NCBI GenBank assembly: GCA_965277805.1
Contig: OZ255842.1
Location: forward strand, 5,408,001-5,472,000
Direction of reading: 5' to 3'
Length of the DNA stretch: 64,000 nucleotides
Source of the DNA: Candidatus Lustribacter sp.
Lineage (GTDB): Bacteria > Vulcanimicrobiota > Vulcanimicrobiia > Vulcanimicrobiales > Vulcanimicrobiaceae
Shown one piece after another: positions 36,131-44,652 of the stretch; the first letter of the stretch is position 1; each line of letters begins with the position of its first letter. The notes under the pieces were generated by a model. The model was not told where the DNA came from. It saw only the letters and a list, made by a program, of their open reading frames with translations, and did no database searches. Both the position numbers and the translations under genes were made by a program.

Positions 36131-37234
36131 TCAATGACGGGCGAGCAGCGTCCAAATCCGCCGGCGGCCGGCGAACACGAGGGCTCCGGCGGCCAGCATG
36201 GCCCCCACGAGCGTGAGAAGCATGATGGGGGAGAACCCGCTGGCGAGCGCCGCGCCGCAGGTCCGCACCACCCCGCCGAAGAGCCGCAGGGCAAAGCGAG
36301 CCAGCGGATTGGCCGGCAGCGTGGCGATCGAGCGCGCCTCAGCCGCGACTTCGGCTGCGGTCCAATCGTTGCCGGCGAACGTATTCTCAAGGAAGCCGTC
36401 GCGAGCGATCAGGACCGCCTCGGTATGAAGGATGAGCCCGGGCCGCGGCCGGTCCACGTAGAGGCCCGACCGCTCGGCAAAGGCGGCGATCGAGGCCGGC
36501 GCACCCGTCGCCAAGGTCCAGCGGTCACCGTCGGCGCCCGCCGCCCGGCCGTAGGCGCGCAGGACGGCCGGCGTATCGTAGGCCGGGTCGAGGGTGATCT
36601 CGAGCAGCCGGACCGGGGTGTCGCGCAGCAGGGTCGCCATGCGCCCGAACTTCGCGGTCACGAGCGGGCACATCGACGGATCCGGACAGCGGGTGTAGAT
36701 GAACGATAGCACCGTCACGCCGTGCTGCAGATCCACGCCGGCGCCGTTCATGTCGACCAGCGGCGGTGCGGCGAGGGCATCGGTGCTGCGCGCGTCGGCA
36801 TTGAAGGCCGAGCCCGCAGTGCGGCCGCTGATCCGGAACGGCACGTCCACCTCGTTTTGATCGCCGGCGGTGTTACGCGCAATCACGTGCAGCGTGTAGG
36901 GCCGCACCATGAGCGCGGGCACGTCGATCACGTGGAAATGAAAGTGAAATCGGCCCGGCTGTGAGCGAGGGGCCGAAAAATCGAAGAGGTTGGTGCCGAT
37001 TTCGAGGCTCGCGGTATTGGTGGTGGTAACGACGTCGCCGTCCCAGTCCGTGCCGGCTCGCACGTCGAGACTCGAGAAACGCAGTGCCTGGATTGCGGGC
37101 CGCGCGGCCACGCTCGAGGGATGTGGAGCGGGCCAATTCTTGGGCGTGCCGGCCGCGACGAAGAGCGAGTTCGGCTTCGGCGGCAGGGCTTGAACGCATC
37201 CGGCGAGGACGACACTCGCAATGAGCGCGGTCAT
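36131..37234 (-). CDS. SCO/SenC copper-chaperone domain fused to an N-terminal lipoprotein beta-domain and a C-terminal TM anchor
   Basis: LAGC lipobox; SFIYTRCPDPSMCP, ITLDP.YDTP.VL..Y, W..ATG, ILHT; start uncertain. Confidence 0.8.
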   Translation of the reverse strand: MTALIASVVLAGCVQALPPKPNSLFVAAGTPKNWPAPHPSSVAARPAIQALRFSSLDVRAGTDWDGDVVTTTNTASLEIGTNLFDFSAPRSQPGRFHFHFHVIDVPALMVRPYTLHVIARNTAGDQNEVDVPFRISGRTAGSAFNADARSTDALAAPPLVDMNGAGVDLQHGVTVLSFIYTRCPDPSMCPLVTAKFGRMATLLRDTPVRLLEITLDPAYDTPAVLRAYGRAAGADGDRWTLATGAPASIAAFAERSGLYVDRPRPGLILHTEAVLIARDGFLENTFAGNDWTAAEVAAEARSIATLPANPLARFALRLFGGVVRTCGAALASGFSPIMLLTLVGAMLAAGALVFAGRRRIWTLLARH

Positions 37235-38366
37235 CAGCCGCCCGGAAGCACCGAGGACGGTTTCCCAGAATCGGGTCGGACCGGCACCGCCCAATGCGAC
37301 GGTCGACTTACTTGTCGGTGTCGTGGGCTTGTGGCTCGCAGCGGGATTTTTGCTGGACAGTTGGGCCCATCTCCACGTCCCCGTCGAAACGTTCTTCACC
37401 CCCTACCATGCAACGTTTTATAGTGCGATGGTCGCGGGCTCGATCATTGTGCTGGTCTTCGCGCGGCGGAATTTAGCCCTCGGATTCACCGGAATGAACG
37501 CGTTGCCTGCCGCGTACCAAACCGCCCTATGGGGCATTCCGATCTTTTTCCTGGGCGGCGTCGGCGATTTGATTTGGCACACGTTCTTCGGCGTCGAGGA
37601 TCGCGTCGAGGCGGTGACGAGTCCGACTCATCTGATCATCGGTCTCGGCGTGCTGCTGGTGGTCGGGGCGCCGATCCGTTCCGCGTTGGCACAGCGAACG
37701 ATGCTGGTCACGTTGCGTTCGCAGTTGCCGCTGCTGTTTGCGCTCGCGACGTGGCTCGAATTCATCCATCTGGGGACGGCTTACGCATTCGATCCCGGAG
37801 CGGCGCAGCTCTACGCGCCGCCCGACGGCGCCGCGTACAGTCCCGATTATTTCACCAACACGACTTTCGTCTTGTTCAAAACCGGTTCCGGAATCGCGAT
37901 CGTCATTTTGCAATCGCTGATCTTGATGGGCGTGTGCGTTTGGGCAGTGGCGCGTTTCCGTTTGCGTCCGGGTGCGCTGACGATCCTGTTCGTGCTGGCC
38001 AACGGCATGATCGCCGCCGCGCTGACCAACGACACAATGATCCTCGCGACGTACCTCGTGATGAGCGTCGCGGCCGGGGCTGCCGGCGATCTCATTATCG
38101 CGCGGCTGCATCCCTCGCGGTCGCGGCCCATCGCGTTCGGCTTGTTCGGAGCAGTTGTGCCCGGCGTCTATTATGGAACGTACTTTCTCTTCACGGCGCT
38201 GACCGGCGGCGTCTGGTGGAGTTGGACCCTCACGCTCGGTGCAATCGTCTGGGCGATGCTCTGCGGGCTGGCACTCACGCTACTTGCTGGCGGGCGTGAG
38301 GGGACCCCGGCGCTGCCCGTGCCCGAAGGTAACGCAGCCTTTACAACTCCTCCCGTCTCCTTGTAG
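37221..38366 (+). CDS. Polytopic membrane protein with two D-x3-H-xn-PxH motifs (PmoC/AmoC-like metal sites)
   Basis: DSWAHLHVPVETFFTPYH and DLIWHTFFGVEDRVEAVTSPTH; roughly 9-10 hydrophobic helices. Confidence 0.75.
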   Translation: MSAVISRPEAPRTVSQNRVGPAPPNATVDLLVGVVGLWLAAGFLLDSWAHLHVPVETFFTPYHATFYSAMVAGSIIVLVFARRNLALGFTGMNALPAAYQTALWGIPIFFLGGVGDLIWHTFFGVEDRVEAVTSPTHLIIGLGVLLVVGAPIRSALAQRTMLVTLRSQLPLLFALATWLEFIHLGTAYAFDPGAAQLYAPPDGAAYSPDYFTNTTFVLFKTGSGIAIVILQSLILMGVCVWAVARFRLRPGALTILFVLANGMIAAALTNDTMILATYLVMSVAAGAAGDLIIARLHPSRSRPIAFGLFGAVVPGVYYGTYFLFTALTGGVWWSWTLTLGAIVWAMLCGLALTLLAGGREGTPALPVPEGNAAFTTPPVSL

Positions 38367-38401
38367 GCCCCCATCGCCCGCACTCGAACGTGGGAGGGCG
38401 T

Positions 38402-38962
38402 ATGGCCTGGCGGGTGCTGGTCGCGGACGACGACCCTGAGATTTGCACGCTCATCAAAACGATCTTACGCAACGCGTCGTTCGAAGTCTCGGTTTGCCCT
38501 GACGCCGAAAGCGCGCTCGTTCATCTGCAGCGCGACAAGGCCTACGATATTCTGATCAGCGACTTCATGCTGCCGGGCATCTCGGGCATCGAGTTGATCA
38601 CGATGGTTCGCGCGAACCCGCAGACCGCGCGTTTGCCGATTTTGATGATCAGCGGTCACAGCAACTACGCCATGGACGCGCGCGCGAAGAGTGCCGGCGC
38701 CGATCATTTTCTCAACAAGCCGTTCACGCTCACGCAGTTGCGTTCGACCGTGACCGCGCTCGCATCGAAGTACCGTCCGTTGACGGAAGCGGAAGAAGCG
38801 AAGATCGCGGCCGGCAAAGCCCCCGGCGCCGCCCCGCCCGCTGCGCCGCAAGCGCAAGCGCCGACACGGGTCGTCGGTACTCCCGGCCGGCCCGACACGA
38901 TCAAGGTGACGTCGACTGCGCCGCTCACCGATGCGAAGAACAGCGGATCCGACTCGCACTGA
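38402..38962 (+). CDS. Single-domain response regulator with Pro/Ala-rich tail
   Basis: VLVADDD, ISDFMLPG.SG, ISG, FLNKPF. Confidence 0.9.
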   Translation: MAWRVLVADDDPEICTLIKTILRNASFEVSVCPDAESALVHLQRDKAYDILISDFMLPGISGIELITMVRANPQTARLPILMISGHSNYAMDARAKSAGADHFLNKPFTLTQLRSTVTALASKYRPLTEAEEAKIAAGKAPGAAPPAAPQAQAPTRVVGTPGRPDTIKVTSTAPLTDAKNSGSDSH

Positions 38963-38984
38963 TCGCTAGACGGCGCGGTATCGC

Positions 38985-39554
38985 ATGACCGCCGCCGCAC
39001 TCTTTAAAGTCGTGCTGGTGGCGATGTCGCTCGGGCTCGACGTTTTCGCCGTGTCGATCGGCGTCGGCATGCGCGGTTTGCCGCGCGGCGTGAAGTTCCG
39101 CATCGGCGCGGCGTTTGCGGCGGCCGAAGTTTCGATGACCGTCATCGGCGCCGGCATCGGGCAGGTCGCGGGCGCGTTGCTCGGCGACATCGCGGGCTAT
39201 ATCGGCTTTGCCGCCCTGATCGGCGTCGGCATCTACATGGTGATCGAATCGCTGCGCGAGAGCGAGGCGGGTGGATTCGATCTCTCACGCGGCTGGGGCT
39301 TGCTCTTGGGGGCGGTCTCGATCAGCCTCGACTCGCTCGGCATCGGCTTCTCGATCCTTTTCATCGGGGTCCCGCTCGCCGTTTCGCTCGTTTGTATCGC
39401 CGTCGTGGCGGTGACCTCCACGACCCTGGGCCTCACCCTCGGCCGGGCGCTCGGCGCGCGCGCGGAAGCGGCGGCTGCGACGTGGGGCGGCGTCATCCTC
39501 ATCGCGACCGGCGTCGCGTTTGCGGCGCTGAAGTTGTTCTCCGCCAAACTGTAG
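38985..39554 (+). CDS. mntP: Manganese efflux pump MntP family
   Basis: SLGLDVFAVSIG and SISLDSLGIG duplicated motifs; about 6 TM. Confidence 0.8.
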   Translation: MTAAALFKVVLVAMSLGLDVFAVSIGVGMRGLPRGVKFRIGAAFAAAEVSMTVIGAGIGQVAGALLGDIAGYIGFAALIGVGIYMVIESLRESEAGGFDLSRGWGLLLGAVSISLDSLGIGFSILFIGVPLAVSLVCIAVVAVTSTTLGLTLGRALGARAEAAAATWGGVILIATGVAFAALKLFSAKL

Positions 39555-39565
39555 AAGCGGCTCGC

Positions 39566-40537
39566 GTGCTCACGTTCGTGGTCCGGCGCATTTTGCAGAG
39601 CATTCCGCTGCTGTTGCTGATCTCGATGATCCTGTTCGGCATCATAAGTGAGGCCCCGGGCGGTCCGCTCACGCCGTACTTGCAGAATCCGCACATCACC
39701 GAAGCCGATATCATCCGGCTCAAGCACAACTTGGGCTTGGACCAGCCGGTGCCGATCCAGTACTTGCACTGGCTCGGGCAAGTGCTGCACGGCGACTTCG
39801 GTTACTCGATGTCCAACTCGGAACCCACCATCACGGCCGTCACCGAGCGCATTCCGATCTCGCTGCAGCTGATGGGCAGCGCGATCGGCGTCGCGCTGAT
39901 CCTGGGAGTCATCTTCGGCATCATTTCGGCCGTGAAGCAGTACACGTGGGTCGATTTTCTCATCACGACGCTCGCGTTTTTCGGCCAAGCGATGCCGGTG
40001 TTTTGGTTTGCGCTCATCCTGCAGCTGGTGTTTTCCGTCCAAGGGTTCACCGGTTTCGGATGGCATGTGGCGCTGCCGTCGGCGGGCATCAGTTCGAGCG
40101 ATACCTTCGATCTCGGCGACCGCATCCAGCACCTGATCTTGCCCGTCATCGTGCTGTCGCTGGCGTATCTCGCGCTCTTCAGCCGCTTCATGCGCTCGTC
40201 GATGCTCGAGGTCATTCATTCGGATTACGTGCGCACGGCATCGGCAAAAGGCCTGACTCGATTCGCCGTCATCATGCGGCACGCGTTCCGCAACGCCCTC
40301 ATTCCGATCGTCACGATTGCGGCCCTCACGGTGCCCGATCTCGTGGGCGGGGCGGTCATCACGGAGAAAATCTTCGCCATTCCCGGCATGGGCAATCTGT
40401 TCATCAACGCGCTCGGGCAGTTCGACTTCGCCGTTCTGATGGCGTTCATGTGCCTCACGGCCGTGTTCGTCGTGCTCGCGAACTTGCTCGCCGACGTGTG
40501 CTACGCGTGGCTCGATCCGCGGGTGAAGTACAGCTAG
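39566..40537 (+). CDS. Peptide/nickel ABC transporter permease (OppB/DppB-like)
   Basis: RRILQSIP, LGLDQP...QY..W, GDFG.S, R.SMLEV...DYVRTA.AKGL, RNAL, LDPRV. Confidence 0.93.
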   Translation: MLTFVVRRILQSIPLLLLISMILFGIISEAPGGPLTPYLQNPHITEADIIRLKHNLGLDQPVPIQYLHWLGQVLHGDFGYSMSNSEPTITAVTERIPISLQLMGSAIGVALILGVIFGIISAVKQYTWVDFLITTLAFFGQAMPVFWFALILQLVFSVQGFTGFGWHVALPSAGISSSDTFDLGDRIQHLILPVIVLSLAYLALFSRFMRSSMLEVIHSDYVRTASAKGLTRFAVIMRHAFRNALIPIVTIAALTVPDLVGGAVITEKIFAIPGMGNLFINALGQFDFAVLMAFMCLTAVFVVLANLLADVCYAWLDPRVKYS

Positions 40538-41466
40538 TGGCGGTGAATCTTCCGATCGTCGAGCCGCCGCCCGACGTGGCGGCCGACGCGGTGTTCGAAC
40601 TGTCGCGCAACACGGTGTGGAAGCGTTTCCGGCGACATCGCGTGGCGCTCATCGGCGCGATCGTGCTCGCGATCGTCGGAACGTTCGCCGCGCTCGGTCA
40701 CCTCATGTATCCGGTCGATCCGAACGCGATCGATCAGGTGAACTGGACCGGCTATCCGCTGGCGCCGGGCGTTGCGGGGCACGTTCTCGGCACCGACGAG
40801 AACGGACGCGATCTCCTCGCGCGGCTCATCGCCGGCTCGCAAATTTCGTTGACGGTCGCAATTGCCACCGTCGTGATGCAAGTGGTGGTGGGCTCCGTGC
40901 TCGGCGCGATCGCCGGCTACTACGGCGGCTGGGTCGACTTCTGGATCATGCGCTTCACGGACGTCGTGCTTTCGATCCCGCTCTTGCCGCTGCTGCTCGT
41001 GCTGACCGCGATCGTTTCGGCGACGTCCAACAAGGCATCGTTGAGTTTCATCGTGATCATCGTGCTGATCGGCGTGTTGACGTGGCCGGCGATCGCGCGG
41101 CTCGTGCGGGCTTCGTTTCTCAGTTTGCGCGAACGGGAGTTCACCGAAGCCGCGCGCGCGATCGGCAGCGGAGACGTGCGCATCATCTTCCGGCATCTGC
41201 TGCCAAACGCCGTTGCGCCGATCATCGTGCAGGCGACGCTGAATGTGGCGAACGTGATCCTGCTCGAATCCGCGCTATCGTTTCTCGGCTTCGGCATTCA
41301 ACCGCCGCAAGCGTCGTGGGGCAACATGCTTGCGAACGCGCAGTCGAACATCACGATCGCGCCGTGGGTCGCAATCTATCCCGGTCTCTGCATCCTGATC
41401 GTCTCCTTGTCGATCAACTATCTCGGCGACGGTCTTCGTGACGCTCTCGACCCCAACCAGCGCTGA
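40537..41466 (+). CDS. Peptide/nickel ABC transporter permease (OppC/DppC-like)
   Basis: W.RFRRHR.A, H.LGTD..GRD, EF.EAARAIG, RHLLPN, LSFLG.G, GDGLRDALDP. Confidence 0.93.
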   Translation: MAVNLPIVEPPPDVAADAVFELSRNTVWKRFRRHRVALIGAIVLAIVGTFAALGHLMYPVDPNAIDQVNWTGYPLAPGVAGHVLGTDENGRDLLARLIAGSQISLTVAIATVVMQVVVGSVLGAIAGYYGGWVDFWIMRFTDVVLSIPLLPLLLVLTAIVSATSNKASLSFIVIIVLIGVLTWPAIARLVRASFLSLREREFTEAARAIGSGDVRIIFRHLLPNAVAPIIVQATLNVANVILLESALSFLGFGIQPPQASWGNMLANAQSNITIAPWVAIYPGLCILIVSLSINYLGDGLRDALDPNQR

Positions 41467-42682
41467 GCCGCCGGCGGTCGTCGCGGGCGACCGCCGCGCG
41501 CTGTTGCTGCTGGCGGTCGGTCATCTCGCCGACGACGTAAACCAGAGCTTTCTGCCGGCGCTGTTGCCGCTGCTCGTCGTGCAGCGCCACCTCTCGTATC
41601 AGGCGGCCGCAACGCTCGTGCTCGCGCAAGCGATCAGCTCGTCCGTCGTCCAGCCCGCCATCGGTTTCATCGCCGACAAGTATCCGATGCCGTGGATCGC
41701 CGGGATCGGTTTGCTGCTGGCCGGTTTCGGCATCGCCGGCATTGGCTTCATGCCGAGCTATGCGCTGATCTTCGTGTGCGCGCTGATCAGCGGGCTCGGC
41801 GTTGCGATGTGGCATCCCGAAGCCGCGCGCTTCGCCAACCTCGCTTCGGGTTCGCGCAAGGCGTCGGGGATGCGCTGGTTTGCAGTCGGCGGAAACCTCG
41901 GCTTCGCGACAGGCCCGGTGTTTGCAACGTTCGCGCTGGCAACCTACGGCATTACCGGCACTTTCCTGGCCGCGATTCCGGTTGCGATCATGGCCACGCT
42001 GATGCTGCGCGAAACGGCGCGCTTCCGCACGTTCTTGCCGAAAGGCGGCAGCGCGCGCGGCCGCGTGCCGCTGCCCGATGACTGGTCGGCGTTCGGACGC
42101 CTGACCGCGTTCATCACCGTTCGCTCGACCGTCTACATCGGTATGGTCTCGTTCATTCCGTTGTATTTCACCGGCGTCGTGCACGCATCGCCGTGGATCG
42201 CAAACCTGATCCTGACCACGTTCTTGCTGGCCGGTATCGCCGGCACGATCGTCGGCGGATCGATGGCCGATACGTTCGGCCGCCGCCCCGTCATCATTGT
42301 CGCGATTGCCGCGGCGCTGGTCTTCATCATTCTCTTCGCGGAGATCACGAACGCGCCGACGATGTTCTCGATCGTCGCTGGTTTCGTCGTAGCGATTCCG
42401 CTGGGCTTCATGGCGTTGGGCTCGCAAGCCGCATCGATCGTCCTCGGTCAAGAATATCTGCCCAACCGTCTGGGTGTTGCATCGGGCGTAACGCTCGGGC
42501 TCGGTGTCTCGATCGGCGGCATGTTCACGCCGGTGCTCGGCCACATCGCCGACGTGTGGGGCTTACACGCCTCGCTGCTGACGATCGCCGGCATCACCGC
42601 GCTTACGCTCGCGATCGCCTGCACGCTGCCCGATCCCGAAGCGCGCCGCGCCAAGATCCTCGCCCGAGGTACGCATGCCTAA
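41438..42682 (+). CDS. MFS transporter (Fsr-like)
   Basis: GHL.DD....LPALLP, SSVVQP..G..AD, HPEA, F.VGGNLG.A.GP, D.FGRR. Confidence 0.9.
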   Translation: MTLSTPTSAEPPAVVAGDRRALLLLAVGHLADDVNQSFLPALLPLLVVQRHLSYQAAATLVLAQAISSSVVQPAIGFIADKYPMPWIAGIGLLLAGFGIAGIGFMPSYALIFVCALISGLGVAMWHPEAARFANLASGSRKASGMRWFAVGGNLGFATGPVFATFALATYGITGTFLAAIPVAIMATLMLRETARFRTFLPKGGSARGRVPLPDDWSAFGRLTAFITVRSTVYIGMVSFIPLYFTGVVHASPWIANLILTTFLLAGIAGTIVGGSMADTFGRRPVIIVAIAAALVFIILFAEITNAPTMFSIVAGFVVAIPLGFMALGSQAASIVLGQEYLPNRLGVASGVTLGLGVSIGGMFTPVLGHIADVWGLHASLLTIAGITALTLAIACTLPDPEARRAKILARGTHA

Positions 42683-42842
42683 AGCTACCGTGCAACGCAT
42701 CGCCATCGTCTGTCTCGTCCTCGCCGGCGTCGACATCGTCATGGGACAGAAGACGCTCGCGATGATCTTCGCCGGCGTCGCGATCGCGATCAGCCTCGGG
42801 GCGGGCCTGCTCGCCGGCCGCAAGAGCGGCAAAGGCCGCTGA
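42675..42842 (+). CDS. Small two-helix membrane protein (55 aa, below the ORF-track cutoff)
   Basis: GAGGT RBS; MPKATVQRIAIVCLVLAGVDIVMGQKTLAMIFAGVAIAISLGAGLLAGRKSGKGR; start overlaps the MFS stop. Confidence 0.6.
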   Translation: MPKATVQRIAIVCLVLAGVDIVMGQKTLAMIFAGVAIAISLGAGLLAGRKSGKGR

Positions 42843-43209
42843 ACGTGATCGACTCGTGGCTGATGGCCAGGCCGTGGCGGGACTCGAGTTGCGCGCGCGT
42901 CGCGTCGTCGAGCGCGTAGTCGACATCTTCGACGGCGCCGCAGGCGGTGCAGCGGAAGTGGGCGTGGTCGCTGGTGGCCGGCTCGTACATCGCCGAACCT
43001 TCACCCGGGATGTCGAGTTTGAGGACATGCCCGAGCTCCTGGAGCCGGGCCAGACCGCGATGAACCGTCGTAAACCCGATGCGCGGCTGCCGCTCGCGGG
43101 CGCGCATAAAAACGTCCTGCGCCGTCGCATGACGACCCGACCCGAATTCGTTGACGACGTCGAGGATCACGCGATAGTTGGCCGGGAGTTTGGGGGTTGA
43201 CGGGTTCAT
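42790..43209 (-). CDS. Fur family regulator, PerR-like
   Basis: HATAQDV, TVHRGL, HAHFRCTACGAVED, GLCRSC; Asp at the position equivalent to PerR D104. Confidence 0.88.
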   Translation of the reverse strand: MNPSTPKLPANYRVILDVVNEFGSGRHATAQDVFMRARERQPRIGFTTVHRGLARLQELGHVLKLDIPGEGSAMYEPATSDHAHFRCTACGAVEDVDYALDDATRAQLESRHGLAISHESITFSGLCRSCGRRAGPPRG

Positions 43210-43240
43210 CCGATCGGAGTAACCTCATACAGCGACGTGG

Positions 43241-43255
43241 AAGTGAATTTCACTT
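43241..43255. promoter_or_regulatory. 7-1-7 inverted repeat AAGTGAA-T-TTCACTT, putative Fur/PerR box
   Basis: Perfect palindrome in the gap between the Fur-family gene and the peroxiredoxin. Confidence 0.6.
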
Positions 43256-43291
43256 TCAGTCTACACGAAAAGTTACTGGAGGACAAGCACT

Positions 43292-43846
43292 GTGCTAGCG
43301 AAGGTCGGACAGCCCGCACCCGCGTTCAAACTCAAGAGCACCAAGGGCGCGACGAGCGCCAAGAACCTTGGCGCCGAGATCAGCCTGTCGGATTACAAGG
43401 GCAAATGGCTGATTTTCTTCTTCTACCCGCTCGATTTCACGTTCGTCTGCCCGACGGAGATCCGCGCCCTCTCGGATCGCCTCGACGAACTCAAGGCCCT
43501 CGACACCGAAGTTCTCGGTTGCTCGACGGACTCGGTCCACAGCCACTGGGCTTGGCTGAACACCCCGGTTGCCAAGAACGGCATCGAGGGCGTGAAGTAC
43601 CCGCTCGTGTCGGACTTCACAAAGGAAGTCTCCCGCGCATACGGCGTGCTCGATGAATCATCGGGCGTCTCGGGCCGCGGCCTCTTCATCATCGACCCCG
43701 AAGGCGTGCTCAAGTACGCCGTCGTCACCGCGGATAATGTCGGCCGCGGCGTCGACGAAACGGTCCGCGTGCTCCAGGCTCTCCAAACCGGCGGTCTCTG
43801 CCCGGCCGAGTGGGAACCCGGCAAGGCTCTGCTCACGGTCGGTTAG
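43292..43846 (+). CDS. 2-Cys peroxiredoxin (AhpC/YkuU-like)
   Basis: FFYPLDFTFVCPTE, RGLFIIDP, VGR.VDE, GLCPAEW; GGAGG RBS. Confidence 0.95.
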   Translation: MLAKVGQPAPAFKLKSTKGATSAKNLGAEISLSDYKGKWLIFFFYPLDFTFVCPTEIRALSDRLDELKALDTEVLGCSTDSVHSHWAWLNTPVAKNGIEGVKYPLVSDFTKEVSRAYGVLDESSGVSGRGLFIIDPEGVLKYAVVTADNVGRGVDETVRVLQALQTGGLCPAEWEPGKALLTVG

Positions 43847-43854
43847 GTTCGCAC

Positions 43855-44319
43855 ATGCCACTTCGTTTGAAAACGCCGATGCCGTCGCTGGACGGCATCG
43901 CCGACTGGGAGAACGGCGGCAAGCCCTCGGATGAGGCGCTTGCCGGCCACCCTGTACTGGTCCACTTTTGGTCGGTGAGCTGCTATATCTGCCACAACGT
44001 GGCCGATGTGGTCGCGGGCTGGCGCGATAAATACGAGCCTCGCGGGCTCAAGGTCATCGCGATCCACCAGCCGCGCGGACCCGAGGAACTAGACGTCGCC
44101 AAGGTGACCGAGGATGCCCGTGGCGAGATGGGGATCACCCAGCCGCTGGGGATCGACAACACGCACGCGGTCGTGAAGGCGTTCGAAAACGAGTTCGTGC
44201 CGGCTTACTACCTCTTTGATGCCAATCACGAGCTCGTGCACCGCCAGGCGGGCGACCGCGGCTTCGAGCGGCTCGAGACCAAGATCGAAGAGGTCCTCTC
44301 GGGCGTTCCAGCTACCTAA
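43855..44319 (+). CDS. Thiol-disulfide oxidoreductase (YkuV/TlpA-like redoxin)
   Basis: L...MP.L.G..W.NG, HFWSVSCYIC, IHQPR, FENEFVPAYYLFD. Confidence 0.88.
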   Translation: MPLRLKTPMPSLDGIADWENGGKPSDEALAGHPVLVHFWSVSCYICHNVADVVAGWRDKYEPRGLKVIAIHQPRGPEELDVAKVTEDARGEMGITQPLGIDNTHAVVKAFENEFVPAYYLFDANHELVHRQAGDRGFERLETKIEEVLSGVPAT

Positions 44320-44389
44320 GAACGCATTTGAGGGCGGCCTGGGCGAAGCCCAAACGCGACGGATTCGGCCGCAAGGCCGAATCCTGGAC

Positions 44390-44418
44390 TTGCGGGGGTG
44401 CGCGTGGCAGTGTATGCT
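44390..44418 (+). promoter_or_regulatory. Sigma-A-type promoter for the tRNA (TTGCGG-N17-TATGCT)
   Basis: Correct 17-bp spacing, 16 bp upstream of the tRNA. Confidence 0.6.
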
Positions 44419-44434
44419 TACGCGCGGTCCCCGT

Positions 44435-44521
44435 GCGCGAGTGGCGGAATTGGTAGACGCACTAGCTTGAGGGGCTAGCGGGAGCAATCTCGTGCTGGTT
44501 CGAGTCCAGTCTCGCGCACCA
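44435..44521 (+). tRNA. tRNA-Leu (anticodon GAG)
   Basis: Acceptor stem GCGCGAG/CTCGCGC-A-CCA; D-loop GGAATTGGTAGAC; anticodon stem CTAGC-TTGAGGG-GCTAG; long variable arm; GGTTCGAGTCC. Confidence 0.97.
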
Positions 44522-44525
44522 GAAG

Positions 44526-44555
44526 AAAAAGACCACGCTTCCGTTGGTCTTTTTT
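44526..44555 (+). terminator. Rho-independent terminator after the tRNA
   Basis: AAAAAGACCA...TGGTCTTTTTT hairpin. Confidence 0.8.
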
Positions 44556-44608
44556 ACTTGCGGTGGCCCGCTGAGCCATATGGGCCAAATGGACCAAGCG
44601 ATGGTCTG

Positions 44609-44637
44609 TTGCTTACCCATTAGGCCCACTGTATAGT
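44609..44637 (+). promoter_or_regulatory. Sigma-A-type promoter (TTGCTT-N17-TATAGT) for the Crp/Fnr gene
   Basis: Near-consensus hexamers with a 17-bp spacer. Confidence 0.55.
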
Positions 44638-44652
44638 ACAAAAATCAGTACT

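Noticed and set aside
37221-38366. Calling this pmoC/amoC and inferring methane or ammonia oxidation
   Set aside because: Only the motif spacing matches; no pmoA/pmoB genes are present and overall similarity is not evident by eye
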